In this document: one piece after another, positions 37,145 through 51,181 of the stretch | Layout: every line of letters starts with the position of its first letter | Position numbering within the stretch: position 1 is the stretch's first letter | NCBI RefSeq assembly: GCF_002571385.2 | Contig: NW_019217853.1 | Span: forward strand, 489,617 to 553,616 | DNA: 64,000 bases | From: Stylophora pistillata | Taxonomy: Eukaryota | Reading direction: 5' to 3' | Position numbers and translations under genes: made by a program | Notes under the pieces: model-generated | Seen by the model: the letters and a program-made list of their open reading frames with translations, nothing else | Database searches by the model: none | Told to the model about the DNA's origin: nothing

Positions 37145-40100
37145 ATGTCGTCGCAGAAATACAAGGTTAAAAGGTAGGTGAAATCTATAAAGCTCCAGTG
37201 CAAGGTTTACAATGTCGTGTAGTGATATTTACTGATGAAGAACAGCCTCAGTCAAATATGGAAGAGCAGCAGTACTCTCGGTATGCAGATATTTACGATA
37301 AAAAACTGGGTGAGGTAAAAGGAGTCATCAACGAAATTCCGATGAAATTTGTCAATTTGCACATTTAACCGACAAGTTTGCTAATTTTGCTTAAGCAAGT
37401 TAAGTGTAAATGTAGGGCTCTCAACTGATTAAAGAAAAAAAACCCATCACAATAACATCGATACAAAAGTTATCACAGGTCTTTTAAATTGATTTAGGAG
37501 TCATTGATCGGTCATGTTTAGACAAATTCAGTTCAATTAATGACTTAGCCAGGTTGCTCTTGATTAGCTTTCGATCATAAGTATATGGAGCAAAGCTGTT
37601 GTTTAAGATGTTTCGCTATGTTTGTATGCAATTCTTTATCAATAACAATTCTCATTATCTAAAGAAAAAGACAAAGAGACAGTTTGAGAAATCAACTTTG
37701 CCTTGAGACGAGCTTTGAACGAGGCCCCACAACGCATTCTTGTCACTTTCTCATCGGCATGAGTAATGAAGATAATCAATCAGAAAACTTTGTGATCCTG
37801 AATCGTCTTCATCAGTGTTTATTATTTTGCTTTGCTCCGAGCGCTCTTTCGTTGACGAGCTTTTAATACACTGAAGGTCAGCTAGCCTGAGTAAACTCCG
37901 CAGAACACCAGGAATCTGTCCACAGTTATTTGCCATTGCTTATGGACATAAGTTTTCGACTTTGAAGAATCATGTTTTTTTTTTTTTGCCTTACTGTATG
38001 CACAAGAAAACCATGAATCTCACATGAGAACTGTTCACTTAGGCTCAGTAGACTGTGGTTGGAATTTATAAACAGTTCATACATAGATAGTCAGTATTAT
38101 TGTTATTATTCTAAAGGTAAGTGGCATTTTAAGTTAAAATAGTGATAATAAACTACAACAACTGGTTTCATAGACACTGACTTGCAGGGTATCAAAGATG
38201 TGTTAAGTAACAAGCAAATGTTCCAGGGTTTTCCAGAAGCGAAATGTTCAATGGACTGGAAACAAACAATTGCAATATTTACGAACAGATCACACTATGC
38301 CCTCATACTTCTATCTAATGTAACAACAATTATATCATATTCTTCCTCAATACATCACTAAAGGCTTTGGTCAGCAAAAAATCATTGTCAGGAGAAGGAA
38401 AACTGCGTATGCAGTCGATCGCAAGTAACTAATATATTTCCTCAAAAATCTAGTTTAGCATAATTAATGAAGCAAAGATGGTACTGACCGCAGATTAATG
38501 AAAAAGACTTAACTCCAAATATCATCACGCGACTTAATAAACTCTGCGAGCGATGCTAGGAGAAGACTGGACCTGAGACGATTAGCAAGTCTATCAATTT
38601 TTTTTTTTTAAGTTTTCATGGAACTGGTTAATTAAAACAATTATCAGCTCACTAGCAGAACGAGCCAATTTGACTGCCGATTAACTTTTTGATTGCCTTC
38701 TTCAAAAGCTGAGTAAATGATTTAGTTATGTTTAGTAAATACGTGTCATGATTCAGTTCCCTGCTCTTGCTGTTTTGCCTCAGCTCTCTTCTCTCTTCGT
38801 TGGTGTCATTTCTCTTCCAGAACATTATAATTAAATTCTAACTTTATCATGATTAAATTCAATTTTATCATAATTTAATTATACTATAATTTACGCGAGT
38901 TTTTGTCTTCTATAATTTCTTCTTACTCACTTTTTGAGAAAACATGTTACTTCTTCTAAATCCTTTGACTACGCTGTGCATTTTTTGTTCGTACTGGGTA
39001 TTTATCTTCACTATCTTCGATTAAAAAGCCCTTTTTTCTAGCTGCTAAGCTGGCTGACTGTTAGAGATAACAAGCTCGAAAAATGAATATGAATTCAACT
39101 TGTACATTTTACTTCTTTCGATAGTGCTGAGGAATTTGACGAAGAATTCAAAGGGAAAGTGACGGCATTTAGCCGAGCACTGCGTGGATTGGAAGATAGA
39201 GCAAAGAAATGTGAATCTTTAAAGTTATTAGTAAGTAAAGTTTTCTATGTTTTGTTAACACACGAAAATTTTTGCTGTCCGGGACACCCCTCTGTCACAG
39301 ACCTGATGGAACTTGGTTGTTCACCAGGTTTTCAACAAAAATTCTACCAGGGCAGACAAAAACCCTGAATTCTTCGCCAGGGAGGCCAATGACATTTTAA
39401 AATCTAACCATATATGTATATACATGCAAAACTGTGTGACCCAGTATTCAACATACTGTTTGATATATATGGCAAGAAACATATTGCATTAAATTTTGAA
39501 AGCAAGTCAATTGAGGCAACTTGTATATGAGTTGCTAATCAACAGTCAAAGCCATTTAAGCAATATTCTGAAAGTCTGTCTACCAAAGTATAAAAATAAT
39601 TGACCTGCCTCGACATGCTACTATTCCAGTACTACAGTGTAGTACTTAGAACAGTCTTAGATAAACTTTTTATCACGCAGTATGTAAACAAGATGTCATT
39701 GATAACTCACCAAACATAAGGTTGCTTATCGCAATGATGTCATTGCACCCGCAAGCTCTGCTTCTTCTTTGCCTCCGATCTTGATAGGCAAGGGTCTCTT
39801 CTGCCTCAACCGGTTCTAAGGTTGCCTCCTCGTCGTTATCTTCGTAGTTGTCGTCTGCATGGGGTGGTACCAATGCTCGTCTGAGTCGAGGGAATCCTAA
39901 AACTCTTGAGCTATTTCTTAAATTTCATTGTATGTCTCCACTGAGATCTCGTACGTGGTTTCCGTGTTACAGTTTCATCCAAGAACACAATCATCGCGTT
40001 GTCATCGCTTTCCCGCAGGATATGTGCGTATGCAATTGAAGCACCTGTCCAGCTGGGGTCTATGGCATAGAAAATGTTTCTTAAGAGCGCTTCCCAAGCC

Positions 40101-43100
40101 CGCAATCCTTTTGTACAACAGAATAAGACATGTAATACCCGACCCTTTAAAAAGCTCTCATGTAACAGAAACAAGAACGGAATTCCAAACTTGTGACTTT
40201 TTCTTGCAGGGTAGCACGCCTCACCAGGGAAACTAAAATTCTACACCAGGAGGAAAAAAAATTCACCAGGGAGTTTTTAAAAAACCACCAGGTGCCAGGG
40301 AGGTCAAAATTCCACCGGGGAAGGCAAAATAACGCACCAGGTCGGATTCCACCAGGTCGGGTTCCACCAGGTCTGTGACAGAGGGGTGTTTTAGGGCCTT
40401 TATGTGAATGCACTCGTTGAAATATTTTTTTGCAGGAGAAGGAATCCTCCAAAACAATTTCTTACGAAGGTGGAGACCAAAAGTACATGCTTGATTGGCA
40501 GCCTTATTTGAATGACTGCAAAAGAAGATTGTCGAGGTATGAATCTTTAAAACTATAAACATCCATTTTAAGTGGCTGCCATTTTGGCCGATGTAGGCTT
40601 TCAGCGACCCCTTTATCGAAAACTATTTCAAAATTGTACGGTATAAAAATTGCTTTATCTCTTTATACTACTTTTTTTTTTTAAAAACTGACGTCATTGT
40701 TTAAATTTTTGCCCATTAGCAGTAGGGTTCAGCGATGTAAGGTATCCTGTTATACCCGAAGTGTGTTTCTTGACTCAGCCAAGGAATTACTCGGAAATAA
40801 TTGCCGATACAAAAGTATCTGGGTTCCTTGATAGATGTGGGTGTGGATGATCGAGTCAGTGAATCGTTTTAAAATCGTATAGTCCCGGACTTGATGCAGT
40901 TGGTAGCGGTGCATTCAGAACCTCATCTGCATTTCCTTGATCCAATAAGTCATAGTTAAGGGATAGAACTGGACAAGATTTCTGAAGAGCTAATCAAGCT
41001 AAGTGAAAAATTGGAAAAGATAGTTTGAACTTCTAGAAAATAATTTATCAAGTCACCGAAAAGGGTGCACTTTTATAACAGAAACAATTGGTTCGAGTTT
41101 CTGCAAAAAAGCGACCTCATAGTGACAAGTGTCCAATAAAACAGTGAACGAGTCGCTCCATTTTTATTTTTTACTTTTTTTCTAAAGATCCTTGGAGAAA
41201 TTAAAGGAGATCCAGAATCATAGAAAACAGAGGAAAATCTCTTTCATTGGTTCCATCAAAGAGGCTCTCCCTTCCTGGTCGAAAAAGAAAACTTCTAAAC
41301 ATATTTTGCTTTATCAGCTGATTAATGACACAGATGACTGTCAGGTAAGTCTACTCTGAACCTCAGGATAACTGACTTCTTAAATGCAAGGCGTCATAAT
41401 GAAAGGGAAAATAGGAAAACTTAGGTAAAATGTTATTTTTTCCCATCACCGATGTCAAATAATAGCATTGAATCAATTGCCTTCCAAGATCTTCCTTCAA
41501 TGCTCAGGTTTTATGAGGCATTCTGATGCTTGAGGTAAATGACTTTTGTCATGCTTTCTGATCATTTTCATTCTTTATTTGTCCATTATATTTATCTTTC
41601 ATATATTCGTTTTGTTCCGTTAATATTTAAATTCTCATTCAGTTAAACTTTCAGGCAGCAATAACATATAAAGATATCATGGTATCCTAGGGACATAACC
41701 TCTATGTTTTCGTGTTGTTAAATGTACTCAATTGTATTTCACAATATTGCTTGAGTCGTGCGTAGTGCAATTTGAAACCATTCATAACATTACAATTGGC
41801 CAACGGATCACGAAATGTGGAAGCTCCTCGTGCTTTTTTCTATAATATTGTAAACAAAAACATTGACCGACTCTTCCCAGCACGTCAGTGGCATATTGCT
41901 CGAGAAACTTTACAACACTCTGGAAAATTCCTTCATTTGAAAACATTGCTATTACAAACAAAAATAAGGCTTTAATTTTTTTGAAAATATGTAAGAAATT
42001 AGTGTCTTAAGCAATTTATGTTATATATTGAGAGGGTGTGGTACTGAAATGCCGTATTGTACCTCCTAACCTATTAACGCATTCTTATTGACCAATAAGG
42101 ATGAAGATATTATTCGTTAAGTGTGCAAGAAATTTTTTCATCGCCACATTAATCTCTCTCCATACAGAACCTTCTGACGGACATCGTGAACCAAATCAAG
42201 CCCGCAGATGACCTCACAAGTCTGGCCAACAAAATATTTCAAGAACGAGACTCTAATCAAAACGATGAAATATCAAAAGACCTGGAAGGCATAACGATCA
42301 GGTGGAATTCACTTTGTCAAGATGTGATCAACAAAAGTGGCAGGTAAAAGTGATTAGAATGATAAGCTGTAAAATTCTTTTTTTCTACTTCGATGTGATC
42401 GAAAAAAGGTGACGTTTGGAAATAAATAGGAAAAATAGCTTGCTAAAGTGATACCTTTTGAAGGAAATTGGGTGCTGAATTTAAGGTTAAAGACTGCTCA
42501 AGCAATCTATGATAAGCCGCGAGTAGGTCAACTTAGTAGTGCCTAGAAGTATGAGCCGTGATCGCAAGATGGCCAGCGGGCAAGATAGCTCAGTAGACAT
42601 CTACGAGGCCTGAAAGCGGAGAGAGATAACGAGAAAGATGACTCTGCTGCAACCCACTTTTCTGCCCTGTAACTCAGCGCTAATTTAAGCCAGCTCTTGC
42701 CTGATAACTTCCAGGCAACAAAATGATTATGTAATGGTATATGGTTATAGTTAAATGGTTATGTGATGGTTATATCCATCATCAGTTGTGCCGGGAATGG
42801 AACAACGTGTGTGTATAGATTTTGTGAAAGGATGATTGAACAATAAAGTAGAACAAGCTCATTCAATATTTACTGTGAGAGATGAAATCTGGCTTATTGC
42901 ATTTCCAAGCTACCAATTAAAATTCTGAAAACCCTTCTCCTTTCAGTCTCGAATCTGTTGGTTTGGAGGTTGATCGTGAATACAAGAACCTGAATAAGTG
43001 GTATGAGAAATATGACACATTAAACACCTGGCTGTACTTTAACGAAAAGGTTCTGGACGAAAAAAGCCCCGGGAACACAATGGCTATCATCAAGGAACAC

Positions 43101-46100
43101 TTGGAGAAAAATCAGGTAGTTTTCGAAAAACAAAACTTAGCAATAACATTGAAAACAAAAGACAAAAGCAGAAACAAACAATCACAGAAAACAAACGATA
43201 TTGCAAAAACAAAACTGCGAAGTATAACTTGGAAATCAAATGTACTCAGCCTCCCCACCCCCTACGCCCTCCGCTTCCCGCTCCCCGCTCCCCTCTCCTC
43301 GCCTCTCCCCATGCCCCCAAAAGAGCAGCAATTTTAAAAGTTTTACTGCAAGAGCAGGTCACAAAGATTACAACTGTCCGTTTTCTGAGAATTCCAACCG
43401 TAAGGCCATTTCTCCATTTGAAAGAAATAACGAAATTGACAACATCTTCCTGACAATTGTTAACAACTAAGCAAAAAAAAACTCTCGCGGAAGAATTAAT
43501 GAATGTGCTTTATTCTAGGGCCAGCTGAAGAATGTGAAGGATCGCAAACCCAATCTGGAGGAAGTAACCCAGGAAGCTCACTCACTTTTAGAAAGTGGCC
43601 GTTTAGATATGGGAGATGCAGAGAGGGTGGAGCGTTACAAAGAAGAATTGGACACCAGATACACAGCACTCATTGACAGGCTCCTGGCAACCCAAAACAG
43701 GTAACGACTTCTTGGCGAAAATAGCTGGCACGCAATGAGTTCAATCGATTATGAGCTATTTCCATTCTTTGGATATTTCAAAGTTTTTGTTTTTTCTGAC
43801 CGGAATCCACGTCCCTTGTGTTTTCATTCGTCTTCACATTTGTCATCTCGAATCACGAAATCGAACAAAAGAACTGGAATTTAAAGGAAGCCTCTGATTA
43901 AAAAAATCACACATTGCTCCAACTCAGAAGTGTCATTTTGAATAACTGATTTTTTTCTGAGCGGCGACAAGGTCTGCTTGCTCTGTCAGAAAATAATTTG
44001 GAAAAAAGGGCGATGGTACCACTTTTGGAAGACTGATTTAATTATAACCATTCAACCCCTTTAGAGTGATTAGCTTTCAATTTATCCATGGAATAATAGC
44101 ATCTTAAGAGTGAATGGAGCTCCCTAAGAGTAATTGGCTTAGAGGACTTTTGGTGGGATCATAAGGTTTTCAGGTGGAACCGAGCGGGAAATTAATCGTT
44201 ACTAATTGAGTCAAAAAGGGACGGTTAGAAAAAATCGACTGCCAATCAACTGCCAAAAACAGGTGGGGGGGAGGGGGGTCATAAGAATGATAGAGAGCCT
44301 TAGGTGGGATGAGGTAAATTTATCGTGTCACAAACAAAATACTTCTTCTGCGCTTCACAATCCTCCCTTCACCCCTCCAGGCTTTAAATAACTATTTCCT
44401 TTTAGGAAACTATTTCCTTTTATCAGTCTTTGTGTCAAAATTATATGTTATGTAAAATTAGGATACAAGGTTATTTAGAGAGCCAGATGCTAAATGTTAA
44501 ATGTTGTCAACAGGTTACATAGCAGCATGCATGAACTAAGGAAGAGTCCTCAAGAAACGGTAGAAAAGACAGAAAAGACAGAAACGACCATCGTAGAGGC
44601 TTCCCTAGAACCCAACCACAAGGTATGAACTAGGCTGTGCAACTTATCCTTATCAATGTGTTAATCCCAAGATCATTCCGAACTGTTTGCATTTCATTTT
44701 AGATTTCAGTTCATATTACGCACGTATTTACATTGGTTCTTTTTCAAGATCTGTTGGAGGATACTCGCATAGATGACGTTACCATTAACACCATTTAAAT
44801 TTTTTACCATTTAAAAAAATTGCACCCTATATTGCCGTGGGTCTGTAAACGAACACACCTCATGTGCCCCTTTTTGGTTCTTATTACATTTTGACATTAT
44901 CTCTATTACTGAACAGACGAATGGCAACATGGAGGCTATCTTTCATTGATATAACAAGCTGAATTACTTACGCATTTTGATTGGTTCTTCCTTATGATCT
45001 GTTCGAAGACAGACGCAAGATTACGTCACCAGTAACAATTTCTTGCTCAGTTCTTTATTGTATAAAACAGATAGACTTCAAATTGCCGTTGGTCTGTTCA
45101 GTAACACATCACAGAAGACGACATAATGTGGTATGACATCAGTGACGCAATCGTCTGCGGCTCGTGTGCCACTTTTTGTCCTTTCCACATTTTGACGTCA
45201 TCTCTGATCTATTACTGAACCGATGAACGGAAACATGGATTCTATTTGTTAAGTAGTTCCTTTATTGCAGCATATTCACTTTACAATGCTTACTCTCCCT
45301 CATTTCAAGCCACCACCAAAGATCATTTCACCATTCCATAAAGAAGATGAAACTAAAAGCAACGAGCAGAAAGTACAAGATTCCATGGCAGTAGTGAAGA
45401 AGACTATTACACAAGAAGACAGGTGGATTCTAAGAACTAGGACAGAGGGTGGTAAAGAGAGGTTAGTGTCTCCTCAAGTAGAGGTACATTTTAATGTTAT
45501 GTTCGAGACAGAAACTGAGACCATGGCATTTTTCGTCATTACGCGAGGGAGGTTTTAGTGGTCACGAGCGAAGGGGTTGATTTCCCCCTGGGAAATTTTC
45601 AGAAACACTTAATGATTGGTAGCAATGATAATGATGATAAAGATGCATTTATATAACGCTACCTCCATATCAATATGCTCTTATGCGCTTTATACTGCTC
45701 TATATGGTACCTTGGTCGCACTGCATTGAGCAGTTTACAATTTTTGAAAGGAAATTTAGCAGGTGCCCTAAGCCCAGACCAAAACACGGGGGACTGGGTT
45801 GCCTACTCTTCGTGAGGAGTACGAGAGTTCTTTAACGTCCCCTACTAACCAGTACAGAGAAGATGCATGAGAGGGGGCTGGGCCTACAAGTTATCGTCCT
45901 TGTTCGAGACATATGACGAGAATGTCTAGCGCATTTTCATCAGATGTTTTAAGAACCTGAGTATTTTTCAGGTCTGTGGCTTGAACCTTCGACCTCATTC
46001 AGTGCAGTGCTGTAAAACTTATCTCATTATCATTCATCAATTAGAATCCACGAGGAGACCATGAAAGCATTTGAATCGTCGCTAGACGTATGTTGGAAGT

Positions 46101-49100
46101 CACTCAATGACCTGGACGAAGAATCGCTACAAAAATTTTCAGCTGTTGGGTCAAACATCAAAGAAGTTAGGGAGCAGCTCGATGAAATACAGGTACCTTA
46201 AAACAACAACAACAAAATTACCATACAAGAAGGAAAATTATTAAGAACCTATTGTGTATCATAAAAACTTTGGGCTTTTAACATCTGAAACTTTTTAAGT
46301 TGTCCCTAATTAAGGCCCCCCCTTCCCATCCCCCGCTAAAAGAAGATAAAAAAATTGGAAAAAATTGGACAAGAAACCGGGAAACAGAGCGCCGCAAAAG
46401 TTAACTAACTAGTGTAGAACTCAAAGATATAGGAGGGGGGATTGGGTAGGATAGGCTTCTCGTCTTGCTGCCACCTGGACAAAAAAAACATATTAAGGTT
46501 ATTTTAATCGGAAAACAAAAAAGTATAAGGCAACGTGTATATATTCTAGGTCCGAGAAAGACGGGAACCATTTAAAAGAGAAATAAGAAAGTGATGCATA
46601 ATGTCATGCTATCCGCTGCTTGTCTTAAATTCAGAATTAAATACTAAGTACAAAACTGTAATCCCTTTTGCCATAATTACATTCCCACCGGTTGCTTTCG
46701 AAATTGATGATTCTTGTTGTAAAAGGTCCCTTCCTACATGGGAACATAGTAAATGATCCGACCTCACTCAATCCCACCACAAACAAGAACCTGCCGACAC
46801 TCGAATCCCACGAGGATCTCTTTATTGACCGTGGTTCGACTAATATTCAACATCTTTATTGGCATTTGAACCATTTTCAAGGATCTGGAACAAAAGATGT
46901 CCAAGGAAGATGCTTCATTTCGTTCGGTGAAGGAAACATTTGAAGCAACTGAGGGTAAAAATTTGATGAAGCAAGAGGCTCGCGATAGGCTGCAAAGAAA
47001 AGTTGACGATTTGAATTCCAGATGGGAGGAAATGTGGCGTTCCCACGACGTTAACAAAGACCGGTACATGTCACTTGACTTCTGTAGGCCCGGAAATATA
47101 TTTTTCTAGTGATAGGTGGTATTTGATAAAAGTGGATGAAAATGCGGTGTTATGTCCGCTATAGCTAGCTAAAACCTTCGAGCCTACTCTGGAGCATAGG
47201 AGGTTTTCAGACGGAATGACTCACTCAAATAGACTATACCAGCTAACTTTGATTATTACACTGATATCTTACTGAGTAAATGTCACCGTCTTATACGTTA
47301 GGGTATCGTAGACCAGGATCTCTCTCCCTGGCGGTAAGGAAAAGTGCCCTGAGGATCTAAGTTGATCACGCACAACACCAGTTCACGTTCTGTTTTAAAA
47401 AAATTTGGTCTATTTTTTCTCTTTTTTGTTGTCTGATAATGCAATATCTCTCTTTTCCAATTAAACCAAACGCAAGGAAAATTGAACAAAGGCAGGGAAA
47501 AAAGCAATTGCTATCACCCTCTGTGATTCAAAGTTTGGAAACGACAGGCTTTCTATCATGGATATGATTTACTTTTAACATGACTTCTCGTTCACCATTT
47601 TTAAACTTAATGCATATTCTACAGCTTGGTACAAGCCATTTTGATCATGGGTGGCCAGTGGATGGGAAGAGTGAATGAAAACCTTGACGATCTGGAAGAG
47701 GATATCAAATCAATTGATATCAAAGATGGCGACTGGGAATCGTTGCGTAATTCAGAACAGAAACATAAGGTGCGAAAACCGTTAGTTTGGCCATGGTCAT
47801 AAGGGAGTTGAAATTGACTGTATTTTCAGTTAAATTAATCGTAAAATTCCAGTGCGACTCGGTCTGGCATAACTAATAGTGCTTCGGGGCAAACATTTCT
47901 TCGCTGCGGAAAAAGTCTTAGGCCTTGAACAATCCGAGCCAGCGAGAGGTCTACATAGGGGCCACACACTGAGCTAGTACCAGACCCCTTTCTTCCTGTC
48001 TCAGCTCAAATCCTCGTGGCTGGAACGGAGAAACGCCTATCTTCCAATGCTGATAATAAGGGCCTGCTCACAGGCTAGACTCGGTCTTGTTAATTAGCCG
48101 TTGATAATTGCGATCGTAATGCTTCTCTAGAAGGCCCACAGTAAGTGCTGTAAGAGACACGCAGAAAGGATTTCAAGAGTCTGCGAAACGATCATATGTG
48201 CCAACGATCAATAAAGAAGACCAAGTCGCGCTGCAAATTGTTCAGACATTTTAGACTATTGCTTATTGGCTACGAAGAGAATAATTTGCTCCTTGCACTT
48301 CTGTTTATCTTGTAACTGTTCTGCAGAGATTCCTTAATACAGCTGTTCCAACTTGAAAAGTGTATTCCTTGACTTTTCGAAATTAAATGTCTACTGGACA
48401 TCACTCTTTATGTTCGAACGAGCTAAGCTTCCAGCTACATAAGATAGCTATATAAAATGATTAATAGGGAATTGGGTTGGGCTTTATCCGGCTAACAATG
48501 ACGTCCTGTCTGCGCTTAACTTTTTAAAACGAATCGTGTTTTCACCTGAGGAAACGGCCACTGTTGTTTACACTGAAAGTTTTGATCAACGACAACTAAT
48601 GATTTTTTGAGGTTCCCAAGGAGCATTTCCTGTCTGTAAACAACCAATGTAACCGTGGAAACTGGCTGGTCAAGTGACTAGTAGATGCGATCTACAAATT
48701 GTCCACTTTGAGCCACTTAACAACCTGTTAGAATAATTTGACAGCACCTTCCATAATGTTTAATTTTGACCTATCAGGAAATCATGGACAAGATAGGGTC
48801 TTATGAAGTTTCGGTAGGTGGCGCAGTGGATGTCGCCAGGGAGGTTCAGCGGCGGGATCTCGTGACCGAGGAAACTGGTGAGACTATTACACATGAAACA
48901 GGGGAACTAGAGGACAGGCTGGAACGACTAAAAGCAGAAGCAGAGGACAAAAAGAAAAGGTTTGATGCAAGAGAAAACTACTTTTACTTAGATGGGGAAT
49001 CCTTCATGAGCACATCTTAACAATACGATAATACTAAAGAAAATTTCAGTTAGAGCAGTTTTCAAATGAGTTTCGAAAAAATAAAACCAAAGTAATAACA

Positions 49101-50984
49101 ATAGCCAATTTGAGAATGTCGACGTAATCGATAGCCAATGAGAACTCAAGATAAAATTAAATAGCCAAACTGCATTAAAAGCGGAAAAACGCGAATGACC
49201 AAGTCATGATTGTTTTTAGTTTGAATTTGATTGATTTAGAAAGCGGTGCGAGTTTTCAGAGCAAAGTTAAGCAAAAACAAAACAATAATGAATTAATTTC
49301 GACACCCACTGCTCTAATTTCGAAAAGTCAGCTGAAATTACATTACTTCCTCTTCACCTCTCTATGACAGGTCCCGAGAAAAATCATCACACCATCTGAG
49401 CCAATAAAATAAGAAAAAACAAAACCAATTGCACTTTAGCCAGTCGTGTTTTATTGCGCTTTAAGCAGTTCCTTTGTCATTTACTCTGGTATCTCATTTG
49501 AATATATACCTTCGTTCTAATTGGCTGTTGTGAAACTTTCGTTTTGATGGCACGACGCTCAACTAAAACGCATTCTACCTCTTAGGATTTCAGAGTCCTT
49601 GCGTAAGATTGAGCACTCTACTGCTGTTCATGAGGTTATGGTGCCCTCCAGTGTGTCAGTTGCTCACTCTGCTCCCGATCAGATTAATGGCGATTCTGAT
49701 GAAGGATTTGTGGAACCAAAGCGACACTTTTTTCAGAGAAAAGTTACCTATGAGGTAAGAAAATAAATTCGAGGCTAAAAACAAACGAATTACTTCCAAG
49801 TGAGATGTCAAACCATACCGCAAATACAGCCGAGATAGAGCGGTTGTCATAAAGGTAAATTAAATAAATGAATATCATACAGTCTATTTTTGTTTTTTTC
49901 TTTGTTTATTTTTATTGTGTATCTTTGTCAATGCTTGTTTCATGCAGCAAACTAATTTTACACATTTTTAGTCAATCATAACCAAGAAGATGAAAGAAAT
50001 GAAGAAAGAAAGCAAGGCAATGAATGAATGGATGGACGAGACTGAAAAACTTGTGGGTTCACTTCGAATAGATATGGATCCAAAAAAGGCTTCCAGGGTG
50101 CAGCAGAAAATTGACGTAAGTAGAGCAACAGCCTTCTAAATGATCAAACTTAACCCTTAAACTTCCACAAGTGATAAAGACAGAATTTCTCGTTACAGCA
50201 TCAACGCAACATCAAGCAGACAAGTGATGAGAATTAACAAAACTTAATATAAAACTAGGGGATAATATATAGGTTGATCCAATACCAACTTCTCCGAAGT
50301 AACACCGCAAGAAATTGTATGGCAGACGGTAAGGAGTATTACTGATGAGATCTAAGGAGTGAAAGGGTGAGGCACCGATGGTCAAAATCCATGCAGCTAC
50401 CTAGAAAAGGTGATCACATGTTTCGATACGTAATTACCAAATTTATAATTCTGGTCGATCAGCAAACCGTTTAATTTGAATTTCCATGCGAAATTCGAAA
50501 TTTCTGGTTTATCTTCCGTTTTAACCCTACTGACTGGATAATTGGCCTCTTAAGGAGAGTTTCATCAACGATTGGATGCATGGTTGATTGGATGGAGCGT
50601 GGGAGGGATGAACGGACGGATGGACGGACGGATCGATCGATTTGAGTTACTAGTTATAACTTCTGTGAGTTACTTTGACATAGCTCTGCTATGACACAGA
50701 ACTTTACCTGATCATTTCAGGCCCGATTGGAAGAGGTTAATGAGAAACAGTCAAAGGTAAACCGCGTCATCCAGCTTAGCAAGGAGATTGAGAACGAGAC
50801 CATTGACCCAAACGTCAGTGAACCTTTTGTGAAGGAAGCCAAGGCTCTTGAGGAAAGGTGGGCCAAGAACAAGGACTTGCTCGAAAATCATGGAGAGACA
50901 GATGCTGCCAGCAAAGCTTCATCTGGAAGCTGCTGTATTCTGTTCTTGAAAAAACGATTGTTACCAGTTTGGTCGGTCAATTAA
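37145..50984 (+). CDS. Spectrin-repeat rod protein (dystrophin/nesprin/plakin-like repeats), 804 aa. Exons 37145-37173, 39125-39230, 40436-40536, 41188-41344, 42168-42343, 42947-43115, 43519-43700, 44514-44622, 45310-45461, 46045-46192, 46882-47063, 47625-47769, 48778-48959, 49586-49754, 49972-50115, 50721-50984
   Basis: 16 GT-AG exons join into one open frame of 2415 nt. Spectrin-repeat hallmarks: helix-A Trp (LNTWL, NEWMDETE, GQWMGRV) and helix-C LxxRW (ITIRWNSL, LNSRWEEM, LEERWAK). The first exon/start is the least certain part. Confidence 0.85.
39285..40388. mobile_element. 1.1-kb TIR DNA transposon derivative in intron 2 of the spectrin-repeat gene
   Basis: TIRs CACCCCTCTGTCACAGACCTG / CAGGTCTGTGACAGAGGGGTG, subterminal (C)ACCAGG repeats at both ends, and decayed internal ORF-like sequence on the minus strand. 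Confidence 0.8.
44715..45260. repeat. Two tandem copies of a dispersed ~250-290-bp repeat
   Basis: The blocks 'ttacgca...attggttct...gatctgtt.ga.ga.a..cgca.agat.acgt.acca.taaca...attgccgt.ggtctgt...acattttgac...ctattactgaac.ga.gaa.gg.aacatgga' occur twice. Confidence 0.65.
50150..50370. mobile_element. TTAACCC-ended (piggyBac-like) MITE family member; relatives at ~8620-8827, 9830-10024, 17195-17329, 18373-18560 and 58307-58632
   Basis: Termini ttaaccct.../...aagggtt(a/g)a, with a shared internal body (atttctc.ttaca.atca...aagtgatgagaat...) across copies. Confidence 0.65.
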
Positions 50985-51088
50985 CTCTAAATCGCAAGAG
51001 ATATATTCAATTACTTTCAAGGGAGCTTCTGATCATAAGAGATGGACGTACAATCGATTAAACATTTAATCAAACAATTCTGAGAAAG

Positions 51089-51181
51089 GCTCCGACGAAG
51101 GGCTAACGCTCGAAACGTCAGCTTTTGTAATCGTTACGGTGGCCAATTTACCATTTCAACTTTGCTGATATATCCAAATTA
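51089..51181 (+). mobile_element. Penelope-like terminal fragment with hammerhead-like motif, just 3' of the spectrin-repeat stop codon
   Basis: gctccgacgaagggctaacgctcgaaacgtcagcttttgtaatcgttacggtggccaatttacc..., essentially identical to 62826-62918 and to one arm of 3391-3581. Confidence 0.8.

Noticed and set aside
40720-41030. Extra exon(s) of the spectrin-repeat gene (…GIELDKISEELIKLSEKLEKIV)
   Set aside because: In-frame stops and no usable donor. The flanking exons join in phase without it.
50900-50984. KASH domain or nesprin call
   Set aside because: No transmembrane helix and no terminal PPPX motif, so no gene symbol was assigned.
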